Source of the DNA: Haliotis rubra
Lineage: Eukaryota
Direction of reading: 5' to 3'
DNA: 64,000 nucleotides
NCBI RefSeq assembly: GCF_003918875.1
Contig: NW_025767290.1
Coordinates: 1,612,001 to 1,676,000, forward strand
Shown piece by piece: positions 11,915-24,750 of the stretch. Numbering within the stretch: position 1 is the first letter of the stretch; every line of letters begins with the position of its first letter. The notes below the pieces were generated by a model. It was not told the origin of the DNA. It did no database searches and was given only the letters and a program-made list of their open reading frames with translations. A program made the translations under genes and the position numbers.

Positions 11915-12900
11915 GGTTTTTTTCACTTTATTTCTTTTTCGCATTGGTACAGTTATATCCTTCATACACAACACTATTTCAAATACACAGCACAATGACA
12001 ACAAGCATGATAAGTGTGATCGAATAGATTATGTAAATAGGTTATGGCATGATGACCAGAGAGTCGTGAACTTGCTATATTTGCATACAGAGTATGCATT
12101 GTATTTATGGAGACTGTAACTGTGGTTTAATTTGGCTTTGAGACTTTCAAGGGTTGGACTGACTGACTGACTGAGTTTGGTTTTACGCCGCTTTTAGCAA
12201 TATTCCAGCAACATCACGGCGGGGGACACCAGAAATGGGCTTCACACATTGTACCCATGTGGGGATTCGAACCCGGGTCTTCGGCGTGACAAGCCAACGC
12301 TTTAACCATTTGGCTACCCCACCGCCCCTTCAAGGGTTGGACGTATATTTGCTAGTTTCTGGAATATATATATTCCTTTGTTATGATAAATATCAAGTTT
12401 AGAACATTGCTACATTTTTCATGAAAGCCCAAAAGGTTTATAGTAGTGTCTGTTTTATCTTCAATCCAATTTAAAAGGTCTTGTCACTGCCTATTTACGT
12501 ATCTGCACTCAAACATCAAATGAACAATGGTTTCTTTTTCAGCCTTGCAAAGCGTACATAGTGGTGATTCTAATATATTATAGTTGTATAGGTCTTTATT
12601 GGTTGTGAGAATTCTGTGGACAATACGATATTGAAACCATCTTTCCTTAGTGTTATGAAAAGCTGAGCCTGAATGGTATAAAATGATAGGTATTCCATAA
12701 GTTCAGGTGGAAAATTGTGATGAAGGTTGTTTTCCCATTTACATTGATATCCTAAACTTGGAATAGATTTAATGTTTAGTAGCGTTGTGTAGAAATTATT
12801 GCAGCCTTTCTTATTTTCATAGAGTATTTTTACATTCAGGGGAATAAAAGGTAAATGTCTTTTCTTTGTCAATATCATAGCTTCTTGTTTTGAATATTGT
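11915..12900 (-). mobile_element. 5'-truncated L1/Tx1-clade LINE 3' end (ORF2 zf-RVT cysteine-rich C-terminus plus 3' UTR), interrupted by a SINE
   Basis: The - strand reads KERWFQYRIVHRILTTNKDLYNYNILESPLCTLCKAEKETIVHLMFECRYV (Cx2C...HL.F.C). Across the SINE it continues ...KYSKFTTLWSSCHNLFT* at ~12033. AATAAA and an A-rich end lie at ~11915-11932. Confidence 0.85.
12160..12328 (-). mobile_element. SINE-A, near-consensus, inserted into the LINE remnant
   Basis: Full head and tail. TSD TTCAAGGGTTGGAC at 12146-12159 and 12329-12342. Confidence 0.96.
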
Positions 12901-14689
12901 ACCTGTTGATGCTGGGAACAAATTGATGAAATACATGACACTTATGAAACACTCATTTGATCATATGACACAGTGGTCTCCACAATCTAGTGTTAAGACT
13001 AAACCCAGTGCAGTCAATGATCTTATGAGGTCACAACAATTTCTAGATGGATCAATTGGTCAGGTGAAGTGACCTAGTTGATTGTCTTCATCTTCGGCTG
13101 TGACGAGTAGAAAAAGCAGACTCGAGTCCATGTATTACCTTGGCTTGGACTCAGGTACCTTGGCAGTCAAACTATTAATTACAATACATATTCATTTTAT
13201 TCATTTCAAAATCTTGGAAATGCCAACAGTACATCAAACATTATCTTAAAAGACAATGTCGACCTGCAACACACTCTGACACGCAACTGACAAAGACATT
13301 GTCGAGTTTACATAATATAAACAATAACGTCAATAATTGCATGGGAGGCAATTTAGTTCACTTACGAGATGTAATATGCAGAGATGAAATATATATTGAT
13401 TTTCTTGTTTTCTGTGCCTTACTGAACATGATACATAATCTGATTTGAGTTTTATCTTTAAATTCACAGTTTACTGTAAAATTACAAAATAAGTTTAAAT
13501 TTCAAATTGCAACTGTAATGGATATCTGAAGAGAATCAGATTTATTACTTCTTCAACAAATTGCTGTTTTCTTCTATTTTAAAAGTTTGAAAAATGACTA
13601 AATTTTCATGACATCCAAAGGAAACATTGGTAACTTGATCATGTAATAATGTGTTATGGACCTTGATAATCTTTAAGTGTGTTAAACTTGAACTTTTCTC
13701 TTCCACTTTGGCCTATAGCGGCCATTTATACAGCCAACAAGAGTTATCTGTCCTGGTCAACAAGTTCATTTAGAGTTACCTCCCTTGGGAAGATGAGGTC
13801 TGTGATTGGTTATTGAAGCTATCACAGCCCTATTGTCACTATACAGATGCATTACACATTGTTCATAATACACATCCCTGATTGGTCTGGTCTTGAATAT
13901 TTACAGGCTGTTTTAATATTGTGGAAATATTGCTGCTTTAACCAACCAACAAACAAACTAACAAAACACAAATCATACAAGAAATATTCATAGTGAGAAT
14001 AATTTCTCAAGATTCATCCAACATGTCGGGTCATGTTGACCTGCAGCCAGCCAGGGGAGGTAAACATTGCCCTTGTGACAGACCAGCTAAATGTCAGAGC
14101 GGTAATCACAGGGTATTGACTGGTATCCGTTAAGATTTGCCCCATAGTTCCAGCAAACACAGCCGATCCTCTCCGACCAACACAAACACAGATATTGGAT
14201 GATTTCACGGTGAAGATAGACTCATGGCAGATGCAGCCATCAAAGGCACTATCACAGACACAGCCATTTCGGACAAACAGACATCATCGAGACACACTGA
14301 CATCGCAGACCACCATCTTATATATACTAGTACATGCTCTTGTTACGCTTTCTCTTCTGTGAGTGTTTTCAGATTCAGATCAAAGTAAATTATGTAATTC
14401 AAGTGTCTTACAATGTTTCACCGAGATCTATGGATAAATTGGTAAAGCTAGATTCTGACAGATGGTAATGAGAATCACTAAAGCATTTCCCCATCAGATT
14501 ACATGAAACAAACTTGCTCCTCATCTCATAACCTTAGACTTTCTGAAAGAAACTGTTCCGAATCTCAAAATTACAACAAACATAATCAAGTGCAGGTTTC
14601 TTAATTTTGTTTTTTAAATGAAGAGATTCCTTACATCCTATCTAGGATACATTGAAGGAAAGAAAAGTAATATTTTCATACTTTGGTAT

Positions 14690-14842
14690 AGGGAGTGCCT
14701 GAGTCCAGTTTTATACCGCTTTTAGCAAAATTCCAGCAATATCTCGTCAGGGGACACCAGAAATGGACTTCACACATTGTACCCATGTGGGTATTCAGGC
14801 ATGACAAGCAAATGCTTTAACCACAAGGATACCCCACCATCC
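14690..14842 (-). mobile_element. SINE-A, diverged, with an internal deletion
   Basis: GGGGACACCAGAAATGGACTTCACACATTGTACCCATGTGGG core. TSD TACTTTGGTAT at 14679-14689 and 14843-14853. Confidence 0.9.
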
Positions 14843-15679
14843 TACTTTGGTATGAAGAAATTCTAGTTGTTGGTATATTTCAGTTCAACCTTATTTCAAA
14901 TGAATAAACAAGCAAAGTATCATTTATCAGTGTTAATGATTGAAACTTGGAAATATATTCATTCTTAATGTCATCATCATTAGTGTATTTCACCATGGCA
15001 TCCTGAAAATGATTTTACTTCTCTTCATCTGCCTTACACAAACAAATCTACTTTTCAGTCTCCCTAAGCCTGTTAGGATTATCTCCCCTTCTTTGTATTG
15101 TTCTGTGTACCTGTATATAATCTATATCAACAAAAGAGCGTGTGCAGTTTCTCAGACTGCCTTGCATAGCCACCAGTGAGTTCATAATCTATAAACACTG
15201 CCAAGCACTGCCGTCTGTCTTTTTGCCGACCTTCGGACACCTTTATTTATCCCAGTGAGATCAGGTAGCAAAGTCATCCCACCCACTTCCGAGATGAGCA
15301 AGTGGGTCTTGTACGTGTGGAGGCGATGCGGGAGGAATCTGTCCGACCTCGCGTGTGTGAGTGTAGAGGGTAAACACGATGAAGCGTGGTTGATACACCA
15401 CTCTGTCTGTGTGGGTAAACAAGCCCGAAGCGTGCAGTGTCTCAACCAATTGCTGCTCACACTTGCCCTCTAGCTGGAGCATCAGCGACATCTCCCTGTG
15501 TATACACTGGATGGGGATGTTCCAACACAGAAACAAATATCTCTACTAGCACAGACTCACTAAAAGCCTGTGATATTTAAGTGTGTTTAGTAAATATTGA
15601 TATCAATTCACACATACAGTGAGTGAGTGGGGAATTGTTCCAGCCAGTTCCCCCAGAAACAAACACATTATAGGTTTAG

Positions 15680-15777
15680 GAGTGAGTGAGTGAGTGAGTG
15701 AGTGAGTGAGTGAGTGAGTGAGTGAGTGAGTGAGTGAGTGAGTGAGTGAGTGAGTGAGTGAGTGAGAGTGAGTGAGT
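15680..15777. repeat. (GAGT)n microsatellite, ~24 units
   Basis: Directly visible. Confidence 0.97.
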
Positions 15778-15962
15778 ATTCCCCTAGTTTGTCATACAGA
15801 CCCTGAATTAAACTTATCCAAGAAAGCTCATACAAGTCTAGATTATGTGGCAAGTCTAGATTTCCACTGTTTCAGGCTCGTTTTCATTATATTTTATTTT
15901 GTTATTATGAACTGGTTTTTTTCTGTCAAATATGTTCACTTCAGAGACTAGTTGTTAGTCTA

Positions 15963-16192
15963 GTATTCCCCTTCCACATTTCCCTTTTGCTTTTAACTTC
16001 AATATTTCTCCCACTGCATTCCCACTCCGCATTCCCCCTTTCACATTCGTCTTCCGCATTTCCCCTTCCATATTCCCCTTTCTGTGTTTCCCCTTCCATA
16101 TTCCCCCTTCTGTGTTTCCCCTTTCTGTGTTTCCCCTTCCATATTCCCCTTTCTGTGTTTCCCCTTCCATATTCCCCCTTCTGTGTTTCCCA
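15963..16192. repeat. Pyrimidine-rich degenerate tandem repeat (~28-29 bp, TTTCCCCTTCCATATTCCCCTTTCTGTG)
   Basis: Repeated TTCCCC blocks. Source of the spurious ORFs at 15955-16300. Confidence 0.85.
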
Positions 16193-16375
16193 CTTGGATC
16201 CATGTATTCACTTTGTGCTACAATAAGCATGAAATCAAGAAGGTGCCATTTGTCAGTGAAGGTGACCCCATTTTGTGCAAGCAATGACAGGTCCCTCTGA
16301 GGTCATATGTCATGTTATGGATGAACTGAATGTTGAAAAGTTTTGGGGTTGGGTTCCATGGGAATCAATTACAAC

Positions 16376-16685
16376 NNNNNNNNNNNNNNNNNNNNNNNNN
16401 NNNNNNNNNNNNNNNNNNNNNNNNNNNNNNNNNNNNNNNNNNNNNNNNNNNNNNNNNNNNNNNNNNNNNNNNNNNNNNNNNNNNNNNNNNNNNNNNNNNN
16501 NNNNNNNNNNNNNNNNNNNNNNNNNNNNNNNNNNNNNNNNNNNNNNNNNNNNNNNNNNNNNNNNNNNNNNNNNNNNNNNNNNNNNNNNNNNNNNNNNNNN
16601 NNNNNNNNNNNNNNNNNNNNNNNNNNNNNNNNNNNNNNNNNNNNNNNNNNNNNNNNNNNNNNNNNNNNNNNNNNNNNNNNNNNNN
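16376..16685. other. Assembly gap (310 N)
   Basis: Run of N. Confidence 1.
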
Positions 16686-16778
16686 ATGGGCTTCACACAT
16701 TTTACCCATGTCGGAATGAAACCCAGGTCTTTGCTGAGGCAAACAAACACTTTAACCACTCGGCTACTCAACCGCCCA
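16686..16778 (-). mobile_element. SINE-A head half, abutting the gap
   Basis: ATGGGCTTCACACATT...TTTAACCACTCGGCTACTCAACCGCCC. Confidence 0.85.
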
Positions 16779-18359
16779 TTAAAGGTTAAGGAGGGACATA
16801 ACCAAATGTGGTATACAGGTATTTCTTCACATCACAAATCATTAATTGCTCATCTACCCAGACCAAAACTAAAAGTTAAGAAATCATTCCATTTTTCCAG
16901 CTTATGAAAGCTATGTACTTCTAGCTGGGTACCTATTTACAAAATGTCACGGACAAACGAGGCACTCATTAAACCAATGAGATCATAATTCAACTATGTG
17001 CATCAGCTTCAAGTCGAAGACGCAGATAACAAGGTTTTATGTGTCTCTGTGCTGTGTGAGAGGATGCTGATGAAGGCGACTTAATGAAATATTTGTGGAA
17101 CTGGCAACAACTCTCCCATACCCAAGACGGCAGCCTCTATGTGAGTCCAACACTGACACAGAAATCAAGCATGTAACACAACCAAACGGTTTCACTTCAC
17201 AAGTGTAATCACATTTGTTCGCCAACAAGATGATGAATAATATTCGTGGCTAGCTTGTGAAAGACGTGCAACTCGCGGCAAAGATCCAATGGCTGTATTA
17301 ATTATGACTTATCTTCTTCTCTCCCATCACCTTCAGCAGCCACCGTCATTAGGTAAAGGGCTTTAGAGAAGACTGGAGTCCAGTTCTCACAAGCTTTGTG
17401 ACCAAGCCGTGAGCTCAATCACATCCCAGATTGACTATTCGGAACATCACGACCACGATTTATTGCCTTGCCCTTGTTTCGGCCTTTACATTGTAGCGGC
17501 TTCAAAACATTTTCTCATGACATCATAAGTGGTATTGGAAGATGATTGAAGACTGGCACTCCAATTACTTCGGAGTAACAATTCTGCTTCTACAGATTTA
17601 AAAAATCCATGAGATTTGCAAAGACACCAAACCAATAAAAAATATTCCATTCTAAACTTAAGCTTCAGCATCACCTGTGACGCTTCCTCATCATTTCAGC
17701 TGCTTTAAAAGAATCTATATAGTTCTGCATAGTGTTTTTACACTATTTGTTTCCGTTTCACAAAAAACAATAAGGTTTTGAAGGAAACAACTCAGGGATA
17801 TTCTAACAACCACAAAAAAATGTTTGTTATTATAATTATAAATACGTGATATTCTTCTGTCACACCAATTAAACACTCAGGAATATTTCATGGAAATCTA
17901 GCTCAAACGAAATACCAATAACAGTCAAACCAACAGGCTAATATTAGCTCAATTTGTTACTCCTGTTACCAAATTTAACAATTTCACTTTAAGAAACCTG
18001 AATTCAAATCCCAATTTTCTGTCAGAATATCGATGCGGTTTGCTGCAGCAAATTGAAGCCAGTGAGGTGCTGGGGCAGTATTCTGTCTCGCATCTCAAGA
18101 GCTCCAACATCGATTACTTCTGCAGCTAACTGTGAGGTGATGATAAAGATATCATCCCTTCCTCGCCTCGATCTGCCCGCGTAAGGTAATCAGTGCCACC
18201 TACACAAGAGTTAATGAGCGCCATCTACGTCAGCGACTGCTATTGTCATGCTCCGCTGCATCTGGGTATGCAGTGCAGGGGGCAGGGATACAGCCGGGTA
18301 ATGGCTTTGACACTACTCAGGAATGTACAAGAGCTCCTCCATGCCAACAATCGCAGACC

Positions 18360-19880
18360 TTTTATACTGAATATTCTCAAATTTGGAAACATTTTACAGT
18401 GTTAGTAATTCATGCATTAACATTCCGCATATCCTTATTTAACCCTTACTTTGTTTTTAAACCGAATATTCTCAAGTTTGAAAATATTTTACAGTGTTAG
18501 TAATTCATGCATTAACATTCCGCATATCCTTATTTAACCCTTACTTTGTTTTTAAACCGAATATTCTCAAGTTTGAAAATATTTTACAGTGTTAGTAATT
18601 CATGCATTAACATTCCGCATATCCTTATTTAACACGTACTTTGTTTTTATACCGAATATTGTCAATTTGAAAATATTTTACAGTGTTAGTAATTCATGCA
18701 TTAACATTCCGCATATCCTTATTTAACCCTTACTTTGTTTTTAAACCGAATATTCTCAAGTTTGAAAATATTTTACAGTGTTAGTAATTCATGCATTAAC
18801 ATTCTGCATATCCTTATTTAACACGTACTTTGTTTTTATACCGAATATTGTCAATTTGAAAATATTTTACAGTGTTAGTAATTCATGCATTAACATTCCG
18901 CATATCCTTATTTAACACGTACTTTGTTTTTATACCGAATATTCTCAAGTTTGAAAATAGTTTACAGTGTTAGTAATTCATGCATTAACATTCCGCATAT
19001 CCTTATTTAACCCATACTTTGTTTTTATACCGAATATTCTCAAGTTTGAAAATATTTTACAGTGTTAGTAATTCATGGATTAACATTCCGCATATCCTTA
19101 TTTAACCCTTACTTTGTTTTTAAACCGAATATTCTCAAGTTTGAAAATATTTTACAGTGTTAGTAATTCATGCATTAACATTCCGCATATCCTTATTTAA
19201 CCCTTACTTTGTTTTTAAACCGAATATTCTCAAGTTTGAAAATATTTTACAGTGTTAGTAATTCATGCATTAACATTCTGCATATCCTTATTTAACACTT
19301 ACTTTGTTTTATACCGAATATTGTCAATTTGTCAAAAATATTTTACAGTGTTAGTAATTCATGCATTAACATTCCGCATATCCTTATTTAACACGTACTT
19401 TGTTTTTAAACCGAATATTCTCAAGTTTGAAAATATTTTACAGTGTTAGTAATTCATGCATTAACATTCTGCATATCCTTATTTAACACGTACTTTGTTT
19501 TTATACCGAATATTGTCAATTTGAAAATATTTTACAGTGTTAGTAATTCATGCATTAACATTCCGCATATCCTTATTTAACACGTACTTTGTTTTTATAC
19601 CGAATATTCTCAAGTTTGAAAATATTTTACAGTGTTAGTAATTCATGCATTAACATTCCGCATATCCTTATTTAACCCTTACTTTGTTTTTATACCGAAT
19701 ATTCTCAAGTTTGAAAATATTTTACAGTGTTAGTAATTCATGCATTAACATTCCGCATATCCTTATTTAACACGTACTTTGTTTTTATACCGAATATTCT
19801 CAAGTTTGAAAATATTTTACAGTGTTTATATAAGTAACCCATGCATGAACATTCCGCATATCCTTATGTAACCTTTACTT
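18360..19880. repeat. 95-bp AT-rich satellite, ~16 units
   Basis: ACCGAATATT recurs at 18461, 18556, 18651 and onward. Variants CTCAAGTTTG/GTCAATTTG and CCCTTAC/CACGTAC. Confidence 0.97.
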
Positions 19881-20072
19881 CATCATCTTTTAATATTTAA
19901 AAGTTTACAAGCTAAGTATGTAATAAGGAAATAAATAAAGGTTGCATTATTTTTCAGTTTCAAAACATATTAAATACTTTGAAAAGATGACTTTGAAGTT
20001 TTTATTGCCATGCAATGCCTTTGATCAGCTTTAGTTCATATTTGTTTATAATTTTTTGTATTTGGTTCATTT

Positions 20073-20132
20073 AGGGGCGGTGGGGTAGTCTAGTGGTTAA
20101 AGCATTTAACCAATTATGCCAAAGACCTGGGT
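20073..20132 (+). mobile_element. SINE-A head fragment
   Basis: GGGGCGGTGGGGTAGTCTAGTGGTTAAAGC...AAGACCTGGGT. Confidence 0.8.
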
Positions 20133-20454
20133 CTTTACTGAATTTTACTTCCTTATTCGACCAATCGATTGTAAGTGGTGGGGAGTGTGGGAATGGTGAT
20201 GAGGGAGTGAGTATGGCTTTACTCCACTCTTAGCAATATTCAAGTAATTCTACTCATGGTGGGAATGGTGGAGGTTAGATTGACCTTAGAACTGTGTCAT
20301 TGCCTTCTATGTAGAATTTGTTCCACCCCCAATTCTTTAATAATTAACTTTAGTCCTTGCATTCAGAGTTATTATACTATTGATTTTACTCGAAAAATTC
20401 AGAATCTCTTATTAACAATCTGTAACTATTAAACTGACAGTATAGATCTACATA

Positions 20455-20710
20455 CAAGCAATCTATTATTCTCCTATCTCAATCTCCGAACCACATAATC
20501 TCTTATTCACTCCATATGATAATAAAATCTGCTATTCACTACTTGAGAACATATAACCTGTTATTCACTATTTATAACCATATAATCTGTTATTCACACC
20601 ACATGACAATATAACCTGCCATTCACTACTTGAGACGATATAAATTATTATTCCCTCCCAATACCCACATAATCTGCCATTATCACTCTGAACACCTATA
20701 CAATCTGTTT
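20455..20710. repeat. Old degenerate ~29-bp tandem repeat (ATATAATCTGTTATTCACT...)
   Basis: ATAA(T/C)CTG(T/C)TATTCAC recurs, e.g. at 20551 and 20580. Confidence 0.7.
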
Positions 20711-23691
20711 CTTCAGACATTCATTTCAAAACGCTTGTACACTAACATCTGAAAACCAAACAGCTGATAAATAAGATACATAGTATGAATATAAACATCA
20801 TTCCTTCTACAAGAAATATTCTTCCATTACATTTGAATTTTTTTTAAATTAAAACCATTAATATTTTTTTTCAATAATAATTTGCCAGTCATCCTCATTA
20901 AGAACAACCTTCCCAAACTGACAATACTACAATTTCCAATACCCAAAAGAAACAAACGATGCATAAGAGTCAACAGTCAATGGTGACCATTGATGCCCAC
21001 AGCAGGGACAGATAGGCCTGCACACGCCGATCTATGACAATTATAGACCGCTTCAATCAAGCTATGAAGTTTTGAAGGTCTGGTGTACTCGGACTGTGAT
21101 AACAACAATAGGTTGCCGCTAGCTATGTCACTTGTCTGTCAGGGCACCTCTGTTGCCGCTGTCAGGGTTGCCCTAATGATGTCGAGCCCTCAGCTTCTTG
21201 ACAGGGAGATATTGACTACATCAATCAGACACCATCCATTGCTGAACAAATTTGGGAAGAAAGTCCAGAATTTTCTTCCATCAAAGAGGACATAGTTTGA
21301 CATTTCTTATGTAATACAATCAGAGAAAACCGTCATTGGAAGTGGACTCTTGAAGAACTCAATCAGAAAAATCGAAAAATGAAAGTTCAAATTCTTCTTT
21401 CAAAGTCATGAAGATGTATATTTTCTTTGAACCCATTTTTTAGACTTGATTGTGGGTTGGATGTTGACTAAAACAAAACATCAAGATGGCAGGAGCAGAG
21501 ACTATGTACAGACCTCACTTAAATCTTTGGTGACTTTTTCAGTGAACTTTGACCTCAACTGCGCATGCGCATTACGATCCACGCTTCTTTCAAATTTCTG
21601 AGCAGCCGTGAATCCTTCACGTAGAAAAAGGATAGAATATGTCGAAATAATTGCTGTCAGTCATTTCATACGAATGGAAAGTAAACTAAAGAAGTGTGCA
21701 CACAAGTATGATGATGATAAATGCCAAATAACACAACGGAAATACTTTAAAAAGGGAATGTAACTTTTGTCCAACTGGAAAATGTCAACATGTGGTCGAG
21801 ATTTCCTCTTCCATGTGCGCATGCGCAAAATCGAAGTTGCAGGCTCTTCGTTTTTTTATCCAGTTTTAGAGATTTAAAGTTGCCATTTTTACTGTTTCAG
21901 TAGCGAGGTAATGTGTTAATTTTGCTATTTCTACGATTAATGTGGGCTTTTCGGCGTTTTTCTGCACAGTGGGAAAGTTTTCTTTGGTAGGCCTGTATAC
22001 TGTCCGCTTATCTAGATTTGCCTCTTTAAAAGATAGAATTACTATACATCCATGGGCTTAGCCTTCAGTACAGCCTTCGTGCAAGGCTATGGTCAGGCTA
22101 AGAGTTGATAGCAACATGTCATCATTAAGAATGTGATCATGTCATCATGTTGGGATCATTGCTCATGATATTAATCACTGGTTTGTCTGGCCCAGATTGA
22201 ATTATTAAAAGGCTCTAATACTGGCAGAATGTTGGAATATTACTGAGTAACATGGCTCTAAACAGCACCTTAAAGACACCTCCTCCTCCCCTATCCACCT
22301 TGCCCTCTTCCCCATACCCATGACCTTCTCCCACCCACCCTTCCTCCTCTACCCCAACACATACTTACTGGCTTATGATCATATGATCTTATAATAACTG
22401 AATCATTAACAAGGATGACATTACTGAACACAAGACAACCAAGCCCTTGTTCCACAAAAGCAATTACCATGTTCAAATGATGATCATAATTCACATAATC
22501 ACATATATTTTCACACATAGCAATATTATAGCATCACTTGAGAAATGACAATTACTCAGAGTAGAGCTGCTGTTAGTCATATTGACCATCCAATCACCTA
22601 TTCCTCAAATACCCAAATTCACAGGTACCCATTAAGGAAATAACCCTACCACAACACACTAAGAAAACACTTTTTTTTTATCAATAACAAAAAACATATG
22701 GCTGCACTATCTTCAGTTTAGTTTTTGGCTTTTGTGCCAGAGTTTATGAATATAGATCATATTTCAGTAACTGGAATATTCCAATGTCTTCAGAACGGCA
22801 ATGGAAACTATCTGGTCTGATAATGGTAAATCCAAACTGAGAAAACACGTAGTTAAAGACTCCCCACTGGTTGAGGCAACAGAGGAAGTGATGGGGATGG
22901 GGAGTTATAGTACCACATGGTAAAGAAAGACGTGTGTCTACACTCCTCGCCAGCTGCTTTTACTATAGACTTTAGGAGCAAAACATGGTGCTTCTTCACC
23001 AGAATTATTTGTCTACCTGGAGATAATTTATATACAGTTCTCTTCTCTGCAGAAGATTTGTGAAGTTTTCGTGAAGAATTGCGACTGTTTATTGCATCAT
23101 TATCCGACCTTGACAGCAAGGTGAAGCGTTATGGAGGCACCAATTTCTTAACCCCAAAACCCCCCCTCCATCCCGCCCCCCTCACCTTTGTCTTCCTGAA
23201 GGTGAAAAGATGATTACAGAACATTCTGGACGTAATTCTTGAGTTTTGAGAACATACCAAAATACAAATGGTTAAAAATATGTATATGCTGTTGCTTTGT
23301 TCTCAGACCAATGGAATCGGATCTGAATCATTTGGAAAAGTTAGATTAGCATCTCTTGACTGAACTCAGAAGGTGAATCTCACCTCCAGCTGGGTAAAGA
23401 GAAACTTTGGCTTGGAGAGCCCTGCATACCAAAAGTAATAATTTTGAAATAAAAAAGCAATAGTGGGCACACAAAAATAAAGAAGGAAAAAGTGTATTTC
23501 CTGTTCCTGATCTGACCCTTATAATAGAAGTCCTAACCCTAAATATTTCGCTACATATGTTCTACTTGAGGTCTACCATAACTTTCAATATTATTATATT
23601 TTCAATATTATCTTGGTATCATCTATATTTTAGTAGTTTTGTGCAATTTTATTGTATTTTATGACATAAACCTGTCACTATACTCATCTGA

Positions 23692-23940
23692 GTGAGTGGG
23701 TGAGTGAGTTTAGGTTTTCTCGTACTCAGCAATATTCCAGCTATATGGCGGCAGTCTGTAAATAATCGAGTCTGGACCAGACAATCCAGTGATCAACAGC
23801 ATGAGCATCGATCTGCGCAATTGGGAACCAATGACATATGTAAACCAAGTCAGCAAGCCTGACCACCCAGTCCCCTTATTCGCCTACTACAACAAGCATT
23901 AATTACTGAAGGCCAATATTCTAACCCGGACCAACACAGG
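23692..23940 (-). mobile_element. SINE-B (~250 bp, no evident tRNA head), best-preserved copy
   Basis: - strand: ...CCGGGTTAGAA...GGTGGTCAGGCTTGCTGACTTGG...GATCACTGGATTGTCTGGTCCAGACTCGATTATTTACAGAC...GCTGGAATATTGCTGAG...(CTCA)n. TSD TATACTCATCTGA at 23679-23691 and 23941-23953. Other remnants at ~13870-13960, 22095-22265, 34430-34510, 50605-50725, 50830-50935, 51690-51905 and 55478-55680. Confidence 0.88.
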
Positions 23941-23953
23941 TATACTCATCTGA

Positions 23954-24115
23954 GTGAGTGAGTATGGTTTTAAGGTGCTTTTAGCAATATTCCAACAATA
24001 TCACGGCGGGGGACACCAGAAAAGGGCTTCACACATTGTACCCATGTGGGGAATCAAACCCGGGTCTTCGGCGTGACGAGCAAACGCTTTAACCACAAGA
24101 CTACCCCATCGCCCC
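23954..24115 (-). mobile_element. SINE-A, (CTCA)n-tail subfamily, at the same target as the adjacent SINE-B
   Basis: TSD GTATACTCATCTGA at 23940-23953 and 24116-24129. Confidence 0.95.
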
Positions 24116-24519
24116 GTATACTCATCTGAAAGCGACCTGAATAGATATAGTACAAGTTAACATTTTTCAAAGTAAAAATCATGGATGACAACACTCATCA
24201 TCATCATCATCATCATTATCATCACCACCACCACCAGCATTATTATCAGCCGCAGCAGTATCCTTATTTCGTGATGCAGACCTCCTCACAAGTAATTCAG
24301 CACATGTATCAAGATCTATTCTAGCTAATGCGGTGCCCTGTGAGAATTTACGCTATTTCTGTAGTGTGGAATACATACAAAAACCTGCAATCAATGCTTC
24401 AAGAAATAAACCAAAAATGACCAACCAAACTGACCTAATTGTCTATTTTTGGACCGGCTGAAATATACAACGCATATAGTTTTATATAGAAATATACAAC
24501 GCATATAGCACACGTGACA

Positions 24520-24750
24520 CATGTGGTCTCACCTTAGACAAGTGAGATTGTTCAAAATTGTCTCTGTTCACCCAGCAGGAAAATGGGTACCCGGTGGAAA
24601 AAGTCATATGACTATAACCTTCTAGCGCCTAACAGGCAGCTTGGGTTATCCGGGGTAATAATGTGCTGTGCTTTGATTGTTAGCACTATGAGCATACCTA
24701 GTGTGGAGTTTGGCGCTATATAAATGGACACATTGTTATTATTATTATTA
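24520..24750 (+). mobile_element. 5'-truncated SINE with CORE-like body and L2-type tail
   Basis: CCTTAGACAAG...TCTCTGTTCACCCAGCAGGAAAATGGGTACC resembles the CORE domain. It ends GAGCAT...GGCGCTATATAAAT...(ATT)n, as in L2-mobilised SINE tails. Confidence 0.6.

Noticed and set aside
16275-16907. ORFs spanning X runs
   Set aside because: Created by the N gap.
17066-17092. CTGATGA...GAAA hammerhead candidate (also 11345-11371 reversed)
   Set aside because: No stem II pairing between the core segments.
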